Shown here in pieces: positions 1 through 26,755 of a DNA stretch of 64,000 bases. The DNA is taken from contig NMRA01000443.1 in assembly GCA_002633005.1 (NCBI GenBank), positions 210,361-274,360 on the forward strand, given 5' to 3'. The notes under the pieces are model-generated. The model saw only the letters and a program-made list of their open reading frames with translations, ran no database searches and was not told where the DNA came from. Position numbers and translations under genes: made by a program. The stretch comes from Phoronis australis (taxonomy: Eukaryota; Animalia; Phoronida). Every line of letters starts with the position of its first letter. The stretch's first letter is position 1.

Positions 1-10
1 TGAGTTCACG

Positions 11-222
11 ATTTTGGGAACTGAAATAGGGACTGCTCGAAGAAAAAGTTTCATAACGGGAGTATTTGTTCGAGTTGGAAGGAATTAAACACATCGACAA
101 CCTCCTAAGGTGTTCCTCTATGCGCAAAAGGTATTTGTAACAACGTGACTTTGATGGTTTAGTCGGTGCGAGGCATAATTCGCCGAAAAGCTTCCGGCGT
201 ACAGAGCGCCTATAGCCTCTAC
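11..222 (+). repeat. Dispersed repeat, inverted homolog of 60684-60897
   Basis: For example cgagttggaaggaattaaa and aggcataattcgcc match the reverse complement at 60.7-60.9 kb. Confidence 0.7.
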
Positions 223-904
223 ATCGCCTCTGCTTCGGGCCAACAGAGGCGATGGTCATTGCCTAAGGACGCCTGGGAGTTTATCGCGTTTTGACTGGTG
301 TTGGATCAGGAAAGAGAAATCATCAAAGATTAGCTTTCTGGCTTTCACCAGAAGCCCATCTGAGATATCCGTTCAACATCATCATATCCAACTTTGATCT
401 CGAGACATAAGGCTCACAATTTTCTATATCTATAGAAAATTCGCCACGGTTTCTCATCACTTCGCAAGAAACCAGCGTTTCTCACAATCAAATAAGATCA
501 ACTGTGTAGGAAGTAGAGTTTCGCTGGTCGTTTAATTCAGGAGCAGGCGCGAAAGCTTTTCAGTTGATGACAAAATTTGAAAACAGGGAATAAAAAATAG
601 AAACCTTGAATAATTGTCAAAACGTTGAAAGAAATATTACAATTTTAGAAAGGAAACACACGCTCTGTCCTGCATTAAAACAAACCGGAAACTAGCAGGT
701 GCGCGTGCGCGACTTGGATTTGAAATTTTATTTATAGGGAGAGCATATGAAATCACAAATGTGTTATAGATTATTCGCTTGAAGTCTGAGAAATGAAGAG
801 TTATAGTTATTACTGTTAATATTTTTCTAATTTTTGATTTAAGACAAGAACTGTCATTGTTTTAACAAAAAGATTAACATAAAAGTAAATACATTTTTAA
901 GAAT

Positions 905-1273
905 ACTAGATCTCCCGTAAAATGTTTAGTTCAGAGAACGTGACGTCATTGTAGCTGTTGAGCACTCAAACCTCGCCCCGAAGGTAGGGTTTTTGTTTTG
1001 CTTGTATGTTGTGTGAAATATTATCGAAATAAGGTCACGAATCACATAACTGTCTAAAGAAATACAAACGTAGTTTGACAGAGGTGTTGAGTATGTATTC
1101 AAAATGTTAGATTTCATATAAATAGCCGACATTTACGGGATGTAAATAAACACTTCCGGTTCCTCACTCGGTTTGTGAAGAGAGCCGTTTGATTTCAACT
1201 AGTAATTGAATAAACCTTCGTCATTATAAAAGTAACACCACTTTTAAAACAGATTTTCTAGTTTCTATGGATT
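905..1273 (+). promoter_or_regulatory. Candidate housekeeping promoter and non-coding first exon of Rap1
   Basis: TGACGTCA (CRE) at 941-948; ACTTCCGG (ETS) at 1152-1159; inverted pair of ZNF143/Staf-like motifs (905-925, 1129-1147); donor-like gtaaga at 1274. Rap1 coding exon 1 starts at an acceptor, so an upstream UTR exon must exist. Confidence 0.4.
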
Positions 1274-1742
1274 GTAAGAATAATTGAATTGCTGTATGTT
1301 TACGAATTAGTATTGGAGTTATTAATTACTTACCATAAAATCTTTCCTTAATTAAGTGCCACCTAAAGTTGCAGCTCATTTCCTTTAAACACTTTTAAAT
1401 TGGACCATAAACTGTTAATTGTTTCCTTCCTATGTACTGTAGAAAGGGACATTATGGTCATGCATAGCTGTATGAAGGAAGGCTGATTCAGTGTTCCCCA
1501 TTACCTGTTCTGACTCCTTGCAGTAACCTAGTTTTGATTTTGCTGCAGGGGAAGTTGGTGTTTTGTTAAGCCAAATAGTTCAAGAAAATTGACATATTTT
1601 GACCATTTGGCACCTGCGTTTGGATTCCTAGGCTTAAGATACAAAGCCCCCATATTGTGAACATGGATTGTTCGTCGTTTTGTAATTGCCTCCAAGTTTG
1701 AATTTTCTATCACCTTACTACTACAGCAGCTTACACATAGTG

Positions 1743-2370
1743 TACTATACCTAATTATTGGACGGACCCTAAATATCGGACATTTCATAAAATCTTACTT
1801 GAAGAATAATCTGTGAATTAAATGACACCAATTTTTGTTCCGCTGTAATGCATTCAATGTCCAGCACCGTCTCGTTTTTTTACAGCATTGCCTCGTTTTG
1901 ATTTCACCGAGAGAGGGTGCAATTTAGACGCCCAAGTCGGCCTGAAGTGGACGATAGCATAAATCAGTTATAAAAATTGAAAACAAAGTATTTTTTCCAC
2001 AATGAAACCATCTCATTGAACTGACAATATGTCACTGTTCCATTTTTTCATTTGTTTTTAAACTCAAGTCAAACCCCGACCGCGTACATGCGGGTGTCAT
2101 ATCAAGAAGCCAAAGAGATGTACTAAAAGCTGCTATGAGTTTGCACATGCTTTAGTCGTCTGCACTGATTCATCGAAACGACTTGTCGCCATCATCAGAT
2201 TTCATTTTATGGATAATTTTGTTGCAAGTGGACCTGTGTTCTAGCACCATATATGTCAAAACGCTCGAGCTGAAATTTGGCTACAATGTGCCCGCGGACA
2301 TTACGTGGTTAGTCAGTTTTCAGTGGTGTGGCGTATGTGGAAACATGGTGTCCGATATTTAGGTTCTCCG
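1743..2370. mobile_element. MITE-like element (Tc1/pogo-type ends)
   Basis: Perfect inverted repeat cctaaatatcggaca (1768-1782) / tgtccgatatttagg (2349-2363); exact ends uncertain. Confidence 0.5.
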
Positions 2371-4635
2371 AAGGTTTGCTAGTTGTGTTTTTTAAGGATC
2401 AGTCAGAACATAAATATTGCTTTCGGTGACAAGATATAGTAACAGAATTATTCTATAAAGGTAAACCTTTATTTCAGCAAAGAATTTACAACAATCTGTA
2501 GTAATTTCAATTATATATAATGCAAAATGTGCCAAAACGTTCGGTAATTAGGTCACTTGACTGTACATATGTTAGTGAGGGAAAATTCTAGGGGGTTAGG
2601 AATGTTTCTCAGATCTGCCGCCAGGCAGCGCTGCCTGCATTGTGGGAGTAGGAAGATTGTTTGCCTGTATTCGAATGTAGCAGTCCAGGGATGGCTATAT
2701 TTGACCAGTGGCGTAGTGGTGTTTCAGTTGACTTTCAGTTGTGTTGTACGTTCTAAAGACCTCTCTAAATCGCCCAACAGCGAGCAATTGGTCAGTTTAG
2801 TTGGGCAACTCACAGACTGGCGACCCAGTTTCGGGTTCCAGCATGTAGGGCAAGTGGACTTTTTAATCTTAGTTCTGTTTAGAATATACATTATTTCTGT
2901 TTAGAATATACATCTCAATGTCCATACAATATATGAAGAATGGACTGCCTGATTGCCTGAATGCTGGCTGCAATTATTTTGGATGTCACATGAGGTTCTC
3001 ACTTGCTCTTCAGTTTGGCGCACTTGACAATTGTATGCTCCACTGTGATTGTCTGCTGTTTTACCTTTGATTTGGAGTTGTTCTATTTGAACGCCAGTAA
3101 ATAATTATAGACCCTGGTTTTACGCGATAATGGAAATGGACGGAATGATAGATTTTGAATAGAAATTATACTTTAGTATCAGACACAATGATTCTAATAG
3201 TTTTGGTTACTTATTACGAAATATTAAAAAGTATAATCTATCAAATTGAACAATGCTGGCCACAAATCAAACAATGATCATTTTGCAGTAGACATGCTCA
3301 AGTAGTTATTCAATCTTCCTGAAGGTGGCCTTGTAATAAACATGGCATGCAGCAAGTTATGGGTAAAATAGAGCTGTGTCACTATTTAGTTGTAGTAGTT
3401 GTAGTAGTAGTGGTAGTAGTAAAGAGAACTAGTTGTAGTAAATAGTACTAGTACAGGATTTTGCTGTTGATCAAGCCACACTTTTGTCTACGAACCAGCA
3501 ACTCTTCACATGAGTACATTTTGAACATTAACTTTTGACTATTTCCATCTGATTAATAATTCCGCTACTTAATTATATATGTTGACGTGAACAGCAAAGT
3601 TGAGCTTCTCGACCTGCATCTGAAACACTGAAGCGAAGCGTCCCTGTTGATGGAAAAGGACAAATTGACGTTTTCAGTGTATAGCCTTATCTGTCCATGT
3701 CTGAAGTTTACGCAATAACCAGGTTTGATTCTATTCATTTAAAGATCTGATTACTGATAATAATTGATAGTCAGTTGCTAAGCACTTTCTGTTAATTGGT
3801 TACGAAAATCTATTGCGTGATACAAGATTGTCCTTGGCTGAATGTGAGAGACAGCTGTCGTGTCTCCAGTAGGAACTGCATTTTTTGTTGAGACAAAGTA
3901 TGATTAACCTAGTCTTTGAAAAGTTGGACTGCTTACATTCCTCTGAGTCAACCAGTGGGGCAAGTAAATCACCCTAAATCTCATCAGTTTAGGACACAAC
4001 ATGGACGAGAGCTTAATTTTTATTTTTTCATTTTTTACATAAAATATATAGAACCAAATTTATTCTTAACCCTGTTCACGTTTTGTGAGATATTTACCTG
4101 GTCCATTATGCAAAAATTGGGCACTCACGGCAATGTAAGAATGCCGTGAAAAATAAGAAAAGGGAAATTTTAGCAATTATTTCTGTCCGAAATCGGTGAG
4201 ATTTACAGTGCTTTACTTTCACTCCTTTGCACCCTTACAGATTGCCACTTTTTTGGTGTTAGTGAGCATTACAATGGGGGTCTGTGCTTTTTGGCATTAA
4301 AATGAAAAATGTCAAAATGATTGTATATAAATAACAAAGCAGTGATTATTACCACCCTACAGGTGGCGTTGTATTATCAGTTAATATCACAGAATTAAGA
4401 GTTGGGAATTGTAATGGGGGATGTGTATGCATTAAAGTTTCTTCAATAGGGTCGTCTTGGATTACACACCGTCACTTGAATCTTGCTGTATTTACCCACA
4501 ATGCACAATTGGAATTGATGTTGTATGCCACCTTGTGGCCATTTGTATTATTTTGAAGTATTTGTCGGTTAATCCACTCTTAAGAATCATTTTGCAATTC
4601 GGCATATGTGTTCCTACTGGGAAGCAGACCTTTAT

Positions 4636-4820
4636 CCAGGATTTTGAAAATAGGGTGTCCAAAATGGGATTCCCAATATTCCAGGGCACCCATGATACCG
4701 ACGCGTAACCCCCCACCCCCAGCAATACCCCCAAACACACAGATTTTTTACAAAAAATGCATAGATCAAGGTTTTTACATCTAAGTTTATAAAACAGCCT
4801 TCTATGGTGAGCATTTTTCT
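4636..4820 (+). repeat. Dispersed repeat; inverted copy at about 54860-55110, fragment near 52932
   Basis: ccaggattttgaaaatagggtgtccaaaatggg is shared with the reverse complement of 55078-55110. Confidence 0.65.
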
Positions 4821-7800
4821 AAAAAAAACTGTAGACCAAGACTTTTACAGTACTGTCAATCAAGTGTCAAAATAGCAACAATGCATATACAAAGTATATT
4901 TCTTCCTGCTTTGAAAAAAGAGCCCCCACTGTGGGCCTTCAGAGGCTTCCTGCTATTCACTACAATGTGCGAGTCCAAACTTGAAAGGTTCCTATTTACA
5001 GTGGGGTCCAAATGATACATTGGGCGTCCTTGCCAGGGCGTCCAGATTAGTGCTAGGGCGTCCAAATGAACGCTCAGGACGTTGGCTCAAAAGCTACCAT
5101 GTGTTTCTAGTGAAGAGAGTACCACTGATGTGGACAAATCCAAGTACTGTGGAGTATCCTTGAGACAATTTTGGTTTTCTTTGTGTTTGTGTTGGTCTTG
5201 ATATCTGTTCCCTTCAATGGTGGATGGAATGAAATTTGACAATCACAGGAGACAGACAACAGTACCTGCCCTGTGTCAGACGGATATCACCCTATGTTGT
5301 GCCCCTGATGACCTTTTATTTTTTCCATGTCTGTTCTTTGTTCTTTGTTTCCCTTTCTGTCAAAGTGCTTGAAGAATGATGAGCAAGCATGTCAGATGTG
5401 TTTCTATTGCTGAGGAGGTCATTTCTAACCCCCTCAGTCACAGACCTTGATTGCTGGCTGTGAGTGTGATTTTGTGCCAACTTAGAGAGAATGGTTTATA
5501 GAATGGCCTTGGTATTATAAACGTTCACATCTGTTCTAAACAGTGTCAAGCTGTGGTGTTTATGTTACCCAACTGTTGTGTCTGGTTGAAGCTTACTGCA
5601 GTTAAGTTCCCTTGGTGAAAATACTAGAAAAATATACCAGGCAATGAAAATCATTAAAGTAGAAGTGAGAAACACTCCTAATAGCACAAGCAGTCAGAGA
5701 CCTACCGGTATTTCCACTTTTCCTTGTTAAGCTGGCTAGAAAACAAAAATGGATTTTTTTACTCTTATTAAATGGGTCTCTTTTACCCTTTTATTTCCAG
5801 TGTCCAACAAAAGTAGCATTATCACTAGACAACTATTGTGGCTTAATTGGTGTAAGCCAACCCTAAAATTGCTTAGTTGAAAATGATACTTGGGGGCTTA
5901 ACTCTCACTGCCATCCTTCTCCTGTTAGACTCACTTCCCAGTGTCAATTTGTCAGTTTGGGTGCACAAACAAAATAAGACTATAAAATCATTCTTTGCTT
6001 ACTGAAACTTGAAAACAATATAGTTCTGAAAGCTTACTACATGTACATCGGCAGACAGTTGAAACTGTGGCTCCATAGTCGATATTAACAATTTTTAATG
6101 TAACAACATTGCCAGAATATCAAGTTGCCATATTAGCTTTGATCCCAGCAGTCAAGACAAATCAGCATCTAAAAATTGTTCTAAATTAGGAGAAAAAATC
6201 ACTTTTCAAAAACATTTTCTGCCAAATGATGGTCGCATGATATTGTAAACTGCCATTAGCGCCCCCTTTGTGCAGCTAACATAGGCAAAAACCCGTACAG
6301 ATATCTTAGCCATCAGAGGGCGACATTGGCATTGAGTGAAGTGGCAGTAAAAGTGCTTAGCAAAGTTGGCTTTGGTGTTCAGATTACCAGAAGGTTGGGT
6401 GACATCAGATGGTAACATGCAACAATAGATGGCACTGTTTCACAGGAACCTAAAGTTTATACAGGTACAAGTGGTAAGTTAATACAGTCATTCACATGTG
6501 ACTCAGTCAGAAATACTCCTTATTATTTTTCAACCTTGTGTCTTTTTTCATATTTTCTTTTCCTAATGCCATGTTTTTGTTCTGGCCTGACTCAAAACCT
6601 TCGCCACAATTTTCTCACACTCAGTTGTGTTTTGTCTCTAACTTCACCCTGATCTCAAGACTGCTACATGTAGCATGATTCAGTACATGCAAACATCAAG
6701 CTTGAACTATCATTACCCTTTAGATTAGATCCATATAAAAACAATTTATCTCCCCATACTAATGACCAACACCCACAAACTTGTAGATAATGCCAGCCTA
6801 AGGAATGGGAATACAATTAACACTTTCTTATGTGTCAGGGTGTTGAACTGTCTGTGTAGGTCAGTGTCTGCTTGTTGGAGTTGTGTATTTTAAAGGATTG
6901 TCAATTACATAGCTACCAAAAGTCTCCATGTGTAAGTATACCATCTCCAGGGGTGTTACTTCTAGTCCAAAGGAACTTTTCATGTATTGTAGGGCCTTTG
7001 AAAATTGTACAAATTTGGCATATCTCAAAGATGGCCGATCTGATTGAATATGAAATGTGAAGATATCGTTCTTCGGGCACTGTTCTCCAAAATGCTGTTA
7101 GGGATACGTTTTTAAATGTTCCACTTCTACATAAAGGGCCATCACAAAACAGGTCTTATGATTTTCATGAAAAAAATTAAAGTTGCATAAAAGAAAACTG
7201 AAAGAATGATTTAGGAATCTGCAATCCATAATGTTATTGAGATTTTGTAAATTGCTAATTTTTTATCATAATAAAATTGGCCATGCCATTTATGTCGTTG
7301 TTTTGCTCTCGTTGTACACGTCTTTTTTTGCTAAGTTTTACCACTTAAAAACGTGGTCACGTCAAAAATCTAATTCTACAGTCTTTCTGCTTTCATAAAT
7401 AGGTAATGGTCACATATAACGTGCCAGCATTTTGAGAACCAGTTTTACCAACTGAATAACCCTCATCGAACTGGTTTTCAAAATATGGGCACATGATATC
7501 CGACTATTACCATAAACTTTTACTGATTTGAAATCTACAGTTTTGTAGATCAAATACACTAACTTGTGAATGAGGTGAGAACCAGTTTCCTGCAGTGAAT
7601 ACCACACAACTAACTGGTTCTCAAAATCTGGTTCTCAGTAAGTGGTTAGTGCTCACATTTCTGTACATTTCGTCCTTATATTATGTTCCAATATTCCTAA
7701 GGGTCTGAAAGCCTAGAGGGAGTCATTGTTGTCTTAAAGACATCACTTATGGGATGGTCAGTGCTGTTTGACCTCTTGGTGACTAATGACCAACTGGTAT

Positions 7801-8756
7801 TTACTTTCCAAGATAACTTGAGTGTTGTCTTCCTTTCAGTGGACTGCACTAATTCTTTACCTATTTTATTATATGGTAGTACACAATATGGTCAGCTAGT
7901 CAAATTCTATTTTGTCAGATTTCTTCTCAAAAAAAAAACAGATTGAGAAAAATTTTGTCTATTACTAGACTAGTTTGTATTGCGTAGATGTCATAAACAT
8001 ATTTGGAGCAAAGTAATCAACCTGTGACAAATGGGAAGGTGAGTTTTTTCAATTATTTTGTGCAAAATAAGTGGAGAGTTACCATTGTCAAGTCATGCAG
8101 TGGAAGTAGGTATGGTATATTGTTCTTCCATGTTATTTGGGCTCATTTGGGAAACGGGTATTTATGGAATTCTGTTTCAAAATTCCAGTTTCAAAAAATT
8201 CCTGTTTTCATTGAAGGTGGGGGAGAAGACAGTTGTGATTCAGGCTTGCTTTAGTAAATAAACACGAGAGGGCCTTGTTGATGGTTGTGAGGTCTAAAAT
8301 TTTCCTTGTCCGAAAGTCGCGGGACAAAATTCCGATGTTTATGACAATGTACGAAATTCGAGGATCTTTGAAAAACGGTTTTTGGACCTTGTACGAATTT
8401 CGTGGACTATGAAAAACTCATTTCGGAAATATTTATTCTTGGTCGAAAATGTCGGGCCGTCCGAAAATCACGCGACCACTTTACCGTAGTAGTGTATGTG
8501 AAAAATGTGTTCCTACTTGTAAGCACATTGAGTCGGATAAATCTGCCATTTAGTTTATTCAGAAAAAGCTTAGGAAATTAAGTTAGTTTGAAACTTGTTT
8601 TTCATTCACATTTTTGAAAATCAATTTTAATTGACACCATAAGGTGTTAAATGATGTCTTAAAGAATGAGGAAGTTTAGATTTAAACACTCTTGCTTCCT
8701 TATCCATTGTGGAAAGTGGACCTCTTGAATCAGAGTGGTTTATGGTTATATAGGAG

Positions 8757-9150
8757 CCTAGAAATATGTCCAATTTTGGTCAATACAGCATCTCAGAAAT
8801 AGCTTATAATCTACTATAACACTGCTCTCCAAAATGCTGCCAGGAATTGATTTCAAAATGTTCCATGTATGCATGAATGGCTATCAAAAATGGGAGTTCT
8901 GTGATTTTATACTTTTTAAAGTTGCATGAAACAAATGAAACGATAAATTAGCAATTTGTAACCACGTTTTTGAGATTTTATCTTCAGCGTTTATATCATA
9001 CAAAATGTGTTATTGATCCTGTTATTCTGCTATGAATTTACCTTTCTTTTTTGCTAAATTTTCCTAATAAAACAGGTCATGTGACAGCGGCAACAATCAA
9101 ATTCCAGCCTATATGACAAAGGCATTAAGCTACTGCTTAGTGTGGCCAAG
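8757..9150 (+). repeat. Dispersed AT-rich repeat family (also about 6990-7400 and 24045-24400)
   Basis: Shared cctagaaa.atgtccaa.tttgg, ctccaaaatgctg and tttgctaa.ttt blocks. Confidence 0.5.
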
Positions 9151-11163
9151 CTTTGAAAAGTGTCATTCTCTAGATTGGAAATGGCAATTAACTATCCATT
9201 CTATAAATCCTGTTTAATTAACATGTTCCAGAATTGTGTGGAATTATTGCCAATGGGTCTTCCTGTAGCTGGCAATAAATGTAGTACTTCATATAGTGAA
9301 GACAGAGCCAGCCAGGCATTCCTTACCTCGTGATGGGTATTGCCCTTGTAGTTGTCAATGTGTTCTTCTGTGATTAGACCAGGATTTCCTGTGTGCTTAA
9401 CTCATTTATATGAGTAAATGCTTTTCATTATCATTCGTTACACTTTGCTCACAAGTCTCAGCTCGTCAAGATGGGTGGAGAACTGTATTAACAAAGATTT
9501 TCGCTGCCTTTGACTTAATCTGTTGCATTTACCAGTGGTGGCTTGCATTGCGTGCTAATTACGGAGGATTACATATCCGGTTATAATTACTGGGAATTAC
9601 ATGGTGTATAGTCATCACTGACTGTGGGATATCACTGCATATCTTGTAACATTATATCTGCCACATATTAACAGTCAGCCATACTTGTGTCAGCTCGCGG
9701 TGAGACAGGGTGGTCGTTGTGTTGTGTCGTTTCTTTATAATTACTGTGCAAGGAAGGCAGGAGGACCTGTCCTTTATCGTTTTCATTGGTTGTTGTCGTG
9801 GGAATATTTCACAGCAGTTGGAAAAATGCCTGGTAAGACTGGTGATGGCCTACTACTAGCCATTGTTTTGCAATGTCACATTTTGGGTTCTATCGGTCTA
9901 GTTGACTTTTTGGCATTTTTCTCTAAACTGTTTTGCATGTGGCAAGAGGTAAAATTGCTCTTTGAAGTCTCGTAAAGTTGAAATTGAGATTTGAGTGAAC
10001 ATCGTGACGATATAACCACTCCTTCACTTCAGAATGTTCATATTTACCCACACTCTTGTTTGTGTGCCTTTAGGTTTTTCTTGTTACTGGCCACTTTTGT
10101 GTTCTAGTTTTCACATGAGTGAGGGAAATATCAGCTGTTTCACAGTTTAAATGCTGGCAATAAACACCAGGGTTATTTTCATCAACACTCCACCAAAACC
10201 CCTTTTAAATGAAATTGATGTCAAAGCAGAATGGGGGTGTATGGAATGATGCTGACAGTCTGGTTGAACTTAACTTATTTTGTCTCAAGCAGTAATAAAC
10301 TACCTGTTCTCCCATACGCTGACATAACTTACAGTTTGTGTAAGGCCTGTTTAGCGACTGTGAAAGGCCATGTAAAAAGTTTGATTTTTGACAGAAATCA
10401 GCTTTCATAAAGTCTTGTTCTTGAGTTGAAAGGGTAGGCCGTACATCATTGTTTTTTCTCAGTACAACTGTGTTGTCATCCCTGTTGGGTATTTTTGTTA
10501 AGTACTCACACAACACTTAACGGTTGAGTCACCCTTGTGCGTCAAGAATCAATGAACCCTTCATGCATGTGGTCAGCTGGTAAACAATTTTTTATCCACT
10601 CTTGTTGTGGATAGCTGATTCTGATGTTTAAAATGTGTAACTGTGTGTCAAAAATGCAAGGCAGATGAGTCAGGGAATCGAATGTGATCAGGTGGTATCT
10701 AAATAAACATGGTGAAGCTATGCTTTGAAAACTAATTTATTACCTGGGTTTTTAAAAGTGGAATTTCATAAAAGTTTGGCATGAGTGTTCTGCCAAATTC
10801 GATTTATGACCAGGGAGTTACATAGATTTATTTGAGCCTGTTCAGGTGCAAGCGTTTGATGACAAATCGGTAGAATGCAAACGTGCTGCTACAAGTTGCA
10901 GGCTAGTGTTCACTATCAGGGGCCTCGATGCCTCAATTTTGGGGTCATATATAATTTTATCTGCTCTATATTCTGTTCTGTAAAGTAGTTTAGAATAATG
11001 TGAAATTCTCAAAAATTCTCCTTCAATGATCAAAAAGTTCCCACAAGTTTAGAATCACTTTTAACTCACATAGCACGTGGAATTGATGGTGACCTGGTGG
11101 TGTTTTCCCATCCACTGTGACCTAAAAACTGCCTTTAGGAGGCACAGCTAGCTTTATCATCAG

Positions 11164-11699
11164 AAGCGTGTTCAACAGAGTGAGCGCCCGCTAGCGTGTA
11201 CTCGCGAACACAAGGAACAGCTCCTGAACAGCTGTGAGCGCTCACTGTGCGATCCAGTATGGCGACTCTGAAGCAGATTGTGTTGAACGTGTTAGCCGAT
11301 GAGCTTAACACTAACAGTCCTTCCTATGGCGTGCTGAGCGATAAATATGATTAATCTTTTCCAATAATTATTAATATCGGCAGCCCAATTGACAACAACC
11401 GTGAAGGCTTTGGCCCGACAAGAATCGGAAATTACGTCGAGGAAACTGTTCCTCGCTACAGCGACCCGCAATTTAAGTCGCAGTTTCGGATGAGTCGGTC
11501 AACTTTTGAGGTTAGTTTTTGTGTTGCAGAACCATAATGGGTTCATATATGTTGCAGGCGTGAAGCCTTCGCAGGACGCCATCTTGGAAATCTAAGCGAA
11601 CATGCTCTCGAGGTTGTTCGCGAGCGCTAACGTGAACACAGCTGTTCAGGACGAGGGCGCTCAAATCGCTCGCGGGCGCTCACTCTATTGAACACGCTT
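11164..11699 (+). mobile_element. Non-autonomous PIF/Harbinger DNA transposon (deletion derivative)
   Basis: TIRs of about 30 bp (aagcgtgttcaa[c/t]agagtgagcgcccgc); 3-bp TSD CAG (11161-11163 and 11700-11702); internal transposase N-terminal remnant. Confidence 0.85.
11259..11510 (+). pseudogene. Harbinger/HARBI1-like transposase first-exon remnant (...YVEETVPRYSDPQFKSQFRMSRSTFE)
   Basis: F..FRMSR.TF signature of PIF/Harbinger transposases; in-frame TAA at 11352; donor gttagt at 11511; DDE core missing. Confidence 0.75.
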
Positions 11700-11925
11700 C
11701 AGGTGTGTGAGTGCCGTGTACATGTACATTTTGGGCAATAGTTGGGTATAACGAGAACCAGTTTGATGCCTGCTATTCAGTGAAGGAAACTGATTGTTAA
11801 AATATGGGCACGTTATATCCGACTGTTACCAATCTTAGGGTGCTATTGCGTATGACATGGCGCTTTTAGGAACTGAAGTCCATATTGTAATGATGTGTTG
11901 TAATCTTCCAACAGGTAAAAACACA

Positions 11926-25110
<13,185 letters not shown>

Positions 25111-25483
25111 GCCTGTCTCGGGCGACAGGAAGTGTACTGATGTCTTAAGCCTCTCACAGTGCCATCTTTGAAGACCATTGTTTTGGTTCATGTTTTGGGG
25201 TTCAACCCTTTGTCATGGTTCTTATTATGCGTCCATTCATGTACAGTACCGGGTGCATTCTATTATAACGTGCTAAAACAATGAAATCTATGGAGTACAA
25301 TCATTGCTTGCTTCAACCTGATGATTCATGGCAGCCAATGTGACTCAATTTGAAATTTGTGGTTTGACCCAAATAGAGCTATGTAGTGAAATCTTGACAT
25401 CTCTATCACACTTTATTCTGACTTGTGTTAAAGGTGCAATATTCCACACCTGCCAAAAACAACTTTTGATTTATGCCATTATA

Positions 25484-25608
25484 ACATTGGCATCGTGCTA
25501 TTGTTGTACATTGGCATCGTGCTATTGTTGTACAATGGCATCGTGCTATTGTTGTACAATGGCATCGTGCTATTGTTGTACATTGGCATCGTGCTATTGT
25601 TGTACATT
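25484..25608. repeat. 24-bp tandem repeat x5 in the Rap1 3'UTR
   Basis: Unit aca[t/a]tggcatcgtgctattgttgt. Confidence 0.92.
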
Positions 25609-26749
25609 TAGGATTGAAGTGAGTTCTGTGCTTGCTATCTAACAATTTTGTTACTTCTTGAACCAGGCTTAGTTAAGATAACTACGTTAGCCGTGGCGGG
25701 AAATCAGCCACCAGAGCAGTATAGCTGTCTGAGGACTTCTGGACATTCATTGCATCTTTTACTTGAAACGTAGGTTAAGAACATAACCATTACTTTAGGA
25801 GGCCAACTACATCTGTGAAGACGTTAAGTTTCCAAATACATCTATGAAGAAGTTGTTTTTAACACCAGAACATAGCAACGTTGATTTCTCCAGCATTCCT
25901 ATCCTATGTTGTCCATTGGTTCCTTTCTTCAGAATTCTCAGTTGACTTACTACTTAAAGAAATTATGATGTATGTGTAATCAATCCACTATGTAGTAATA
26001 TACTTAACGTACAGAAATTGTGTCTGTGATTACGCATTTTATAATTTATTTGAAATTGGGCATCAGAAAATACTTGTTCAGCTCAAATTAAGATTTATGC
26101 TATAACATTGTTGAAGTAACCACTGGCTTTACTTTACTATACTTAGCATAATTCTGTCGTGGGGTTGTGGTACAGTATCATCAAGGCACTCGACACCAAG
26201 GCACTTGTGTGCAGCTCCCCCCCCCCCCTTTGAATCATTGGNGGCCAAATGCATCTCTAGCATCAGGATATTCAGTGTTCCACATGCTGCCAATGACCTG
26301 TTACCAATCTTTCCCTGGCTGTTGCACATTTGTTCCATAGTAAACCAATAGTGCATGCAGGCAAAGTACACGGTAATGAGGTACGTAACTGTAAGACTGA
26401 TTTCAACAACAGATCTCATCACAGAGACATTCACATTCGTAGTCTATCCGAGTAATGGTCTCGGGGGGGTCCTGAATTTTGAGAACCTTTTTTTTTCTAC
26501 TGAGTAACAGTACCAAACTGGTACTCAAAATTCTCGACCCTTGTGACTATAGCCACTATTTGTGTAAATTTATACACGATGAGATCAACTGTAGCAGTTA
26601 GAGGTCAGATTCAAAATGCCTGTCGTTTCCCAAACAGTTTTCACCTACTCAAACAATGAAGTCATGCATTCAAGTTATCAGTTAAAATAATTTGTGTGTG
26701 TATATATATATCGAGACACCTGTATTTATAAATTACATTATGCAGAAAC

Positions 26750-26755
26750 AATAAA
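26750..26755 (+). terminator. Candidate poly(A) signal for the Rap1 exon-5b 3'UTR
   Basis: AATAAA in an AT-rich context between the convergent genes. Confidence 0.4.

Noticed and set aside
222-254. 11-bp-stem hairpin catcgcctctg / cagaggcgatg as a terminator or ncRNA
   Set aside because: Adjacent to a dispersed repeat and most likely a transposon subterminal hairpin; no RNA-gene features
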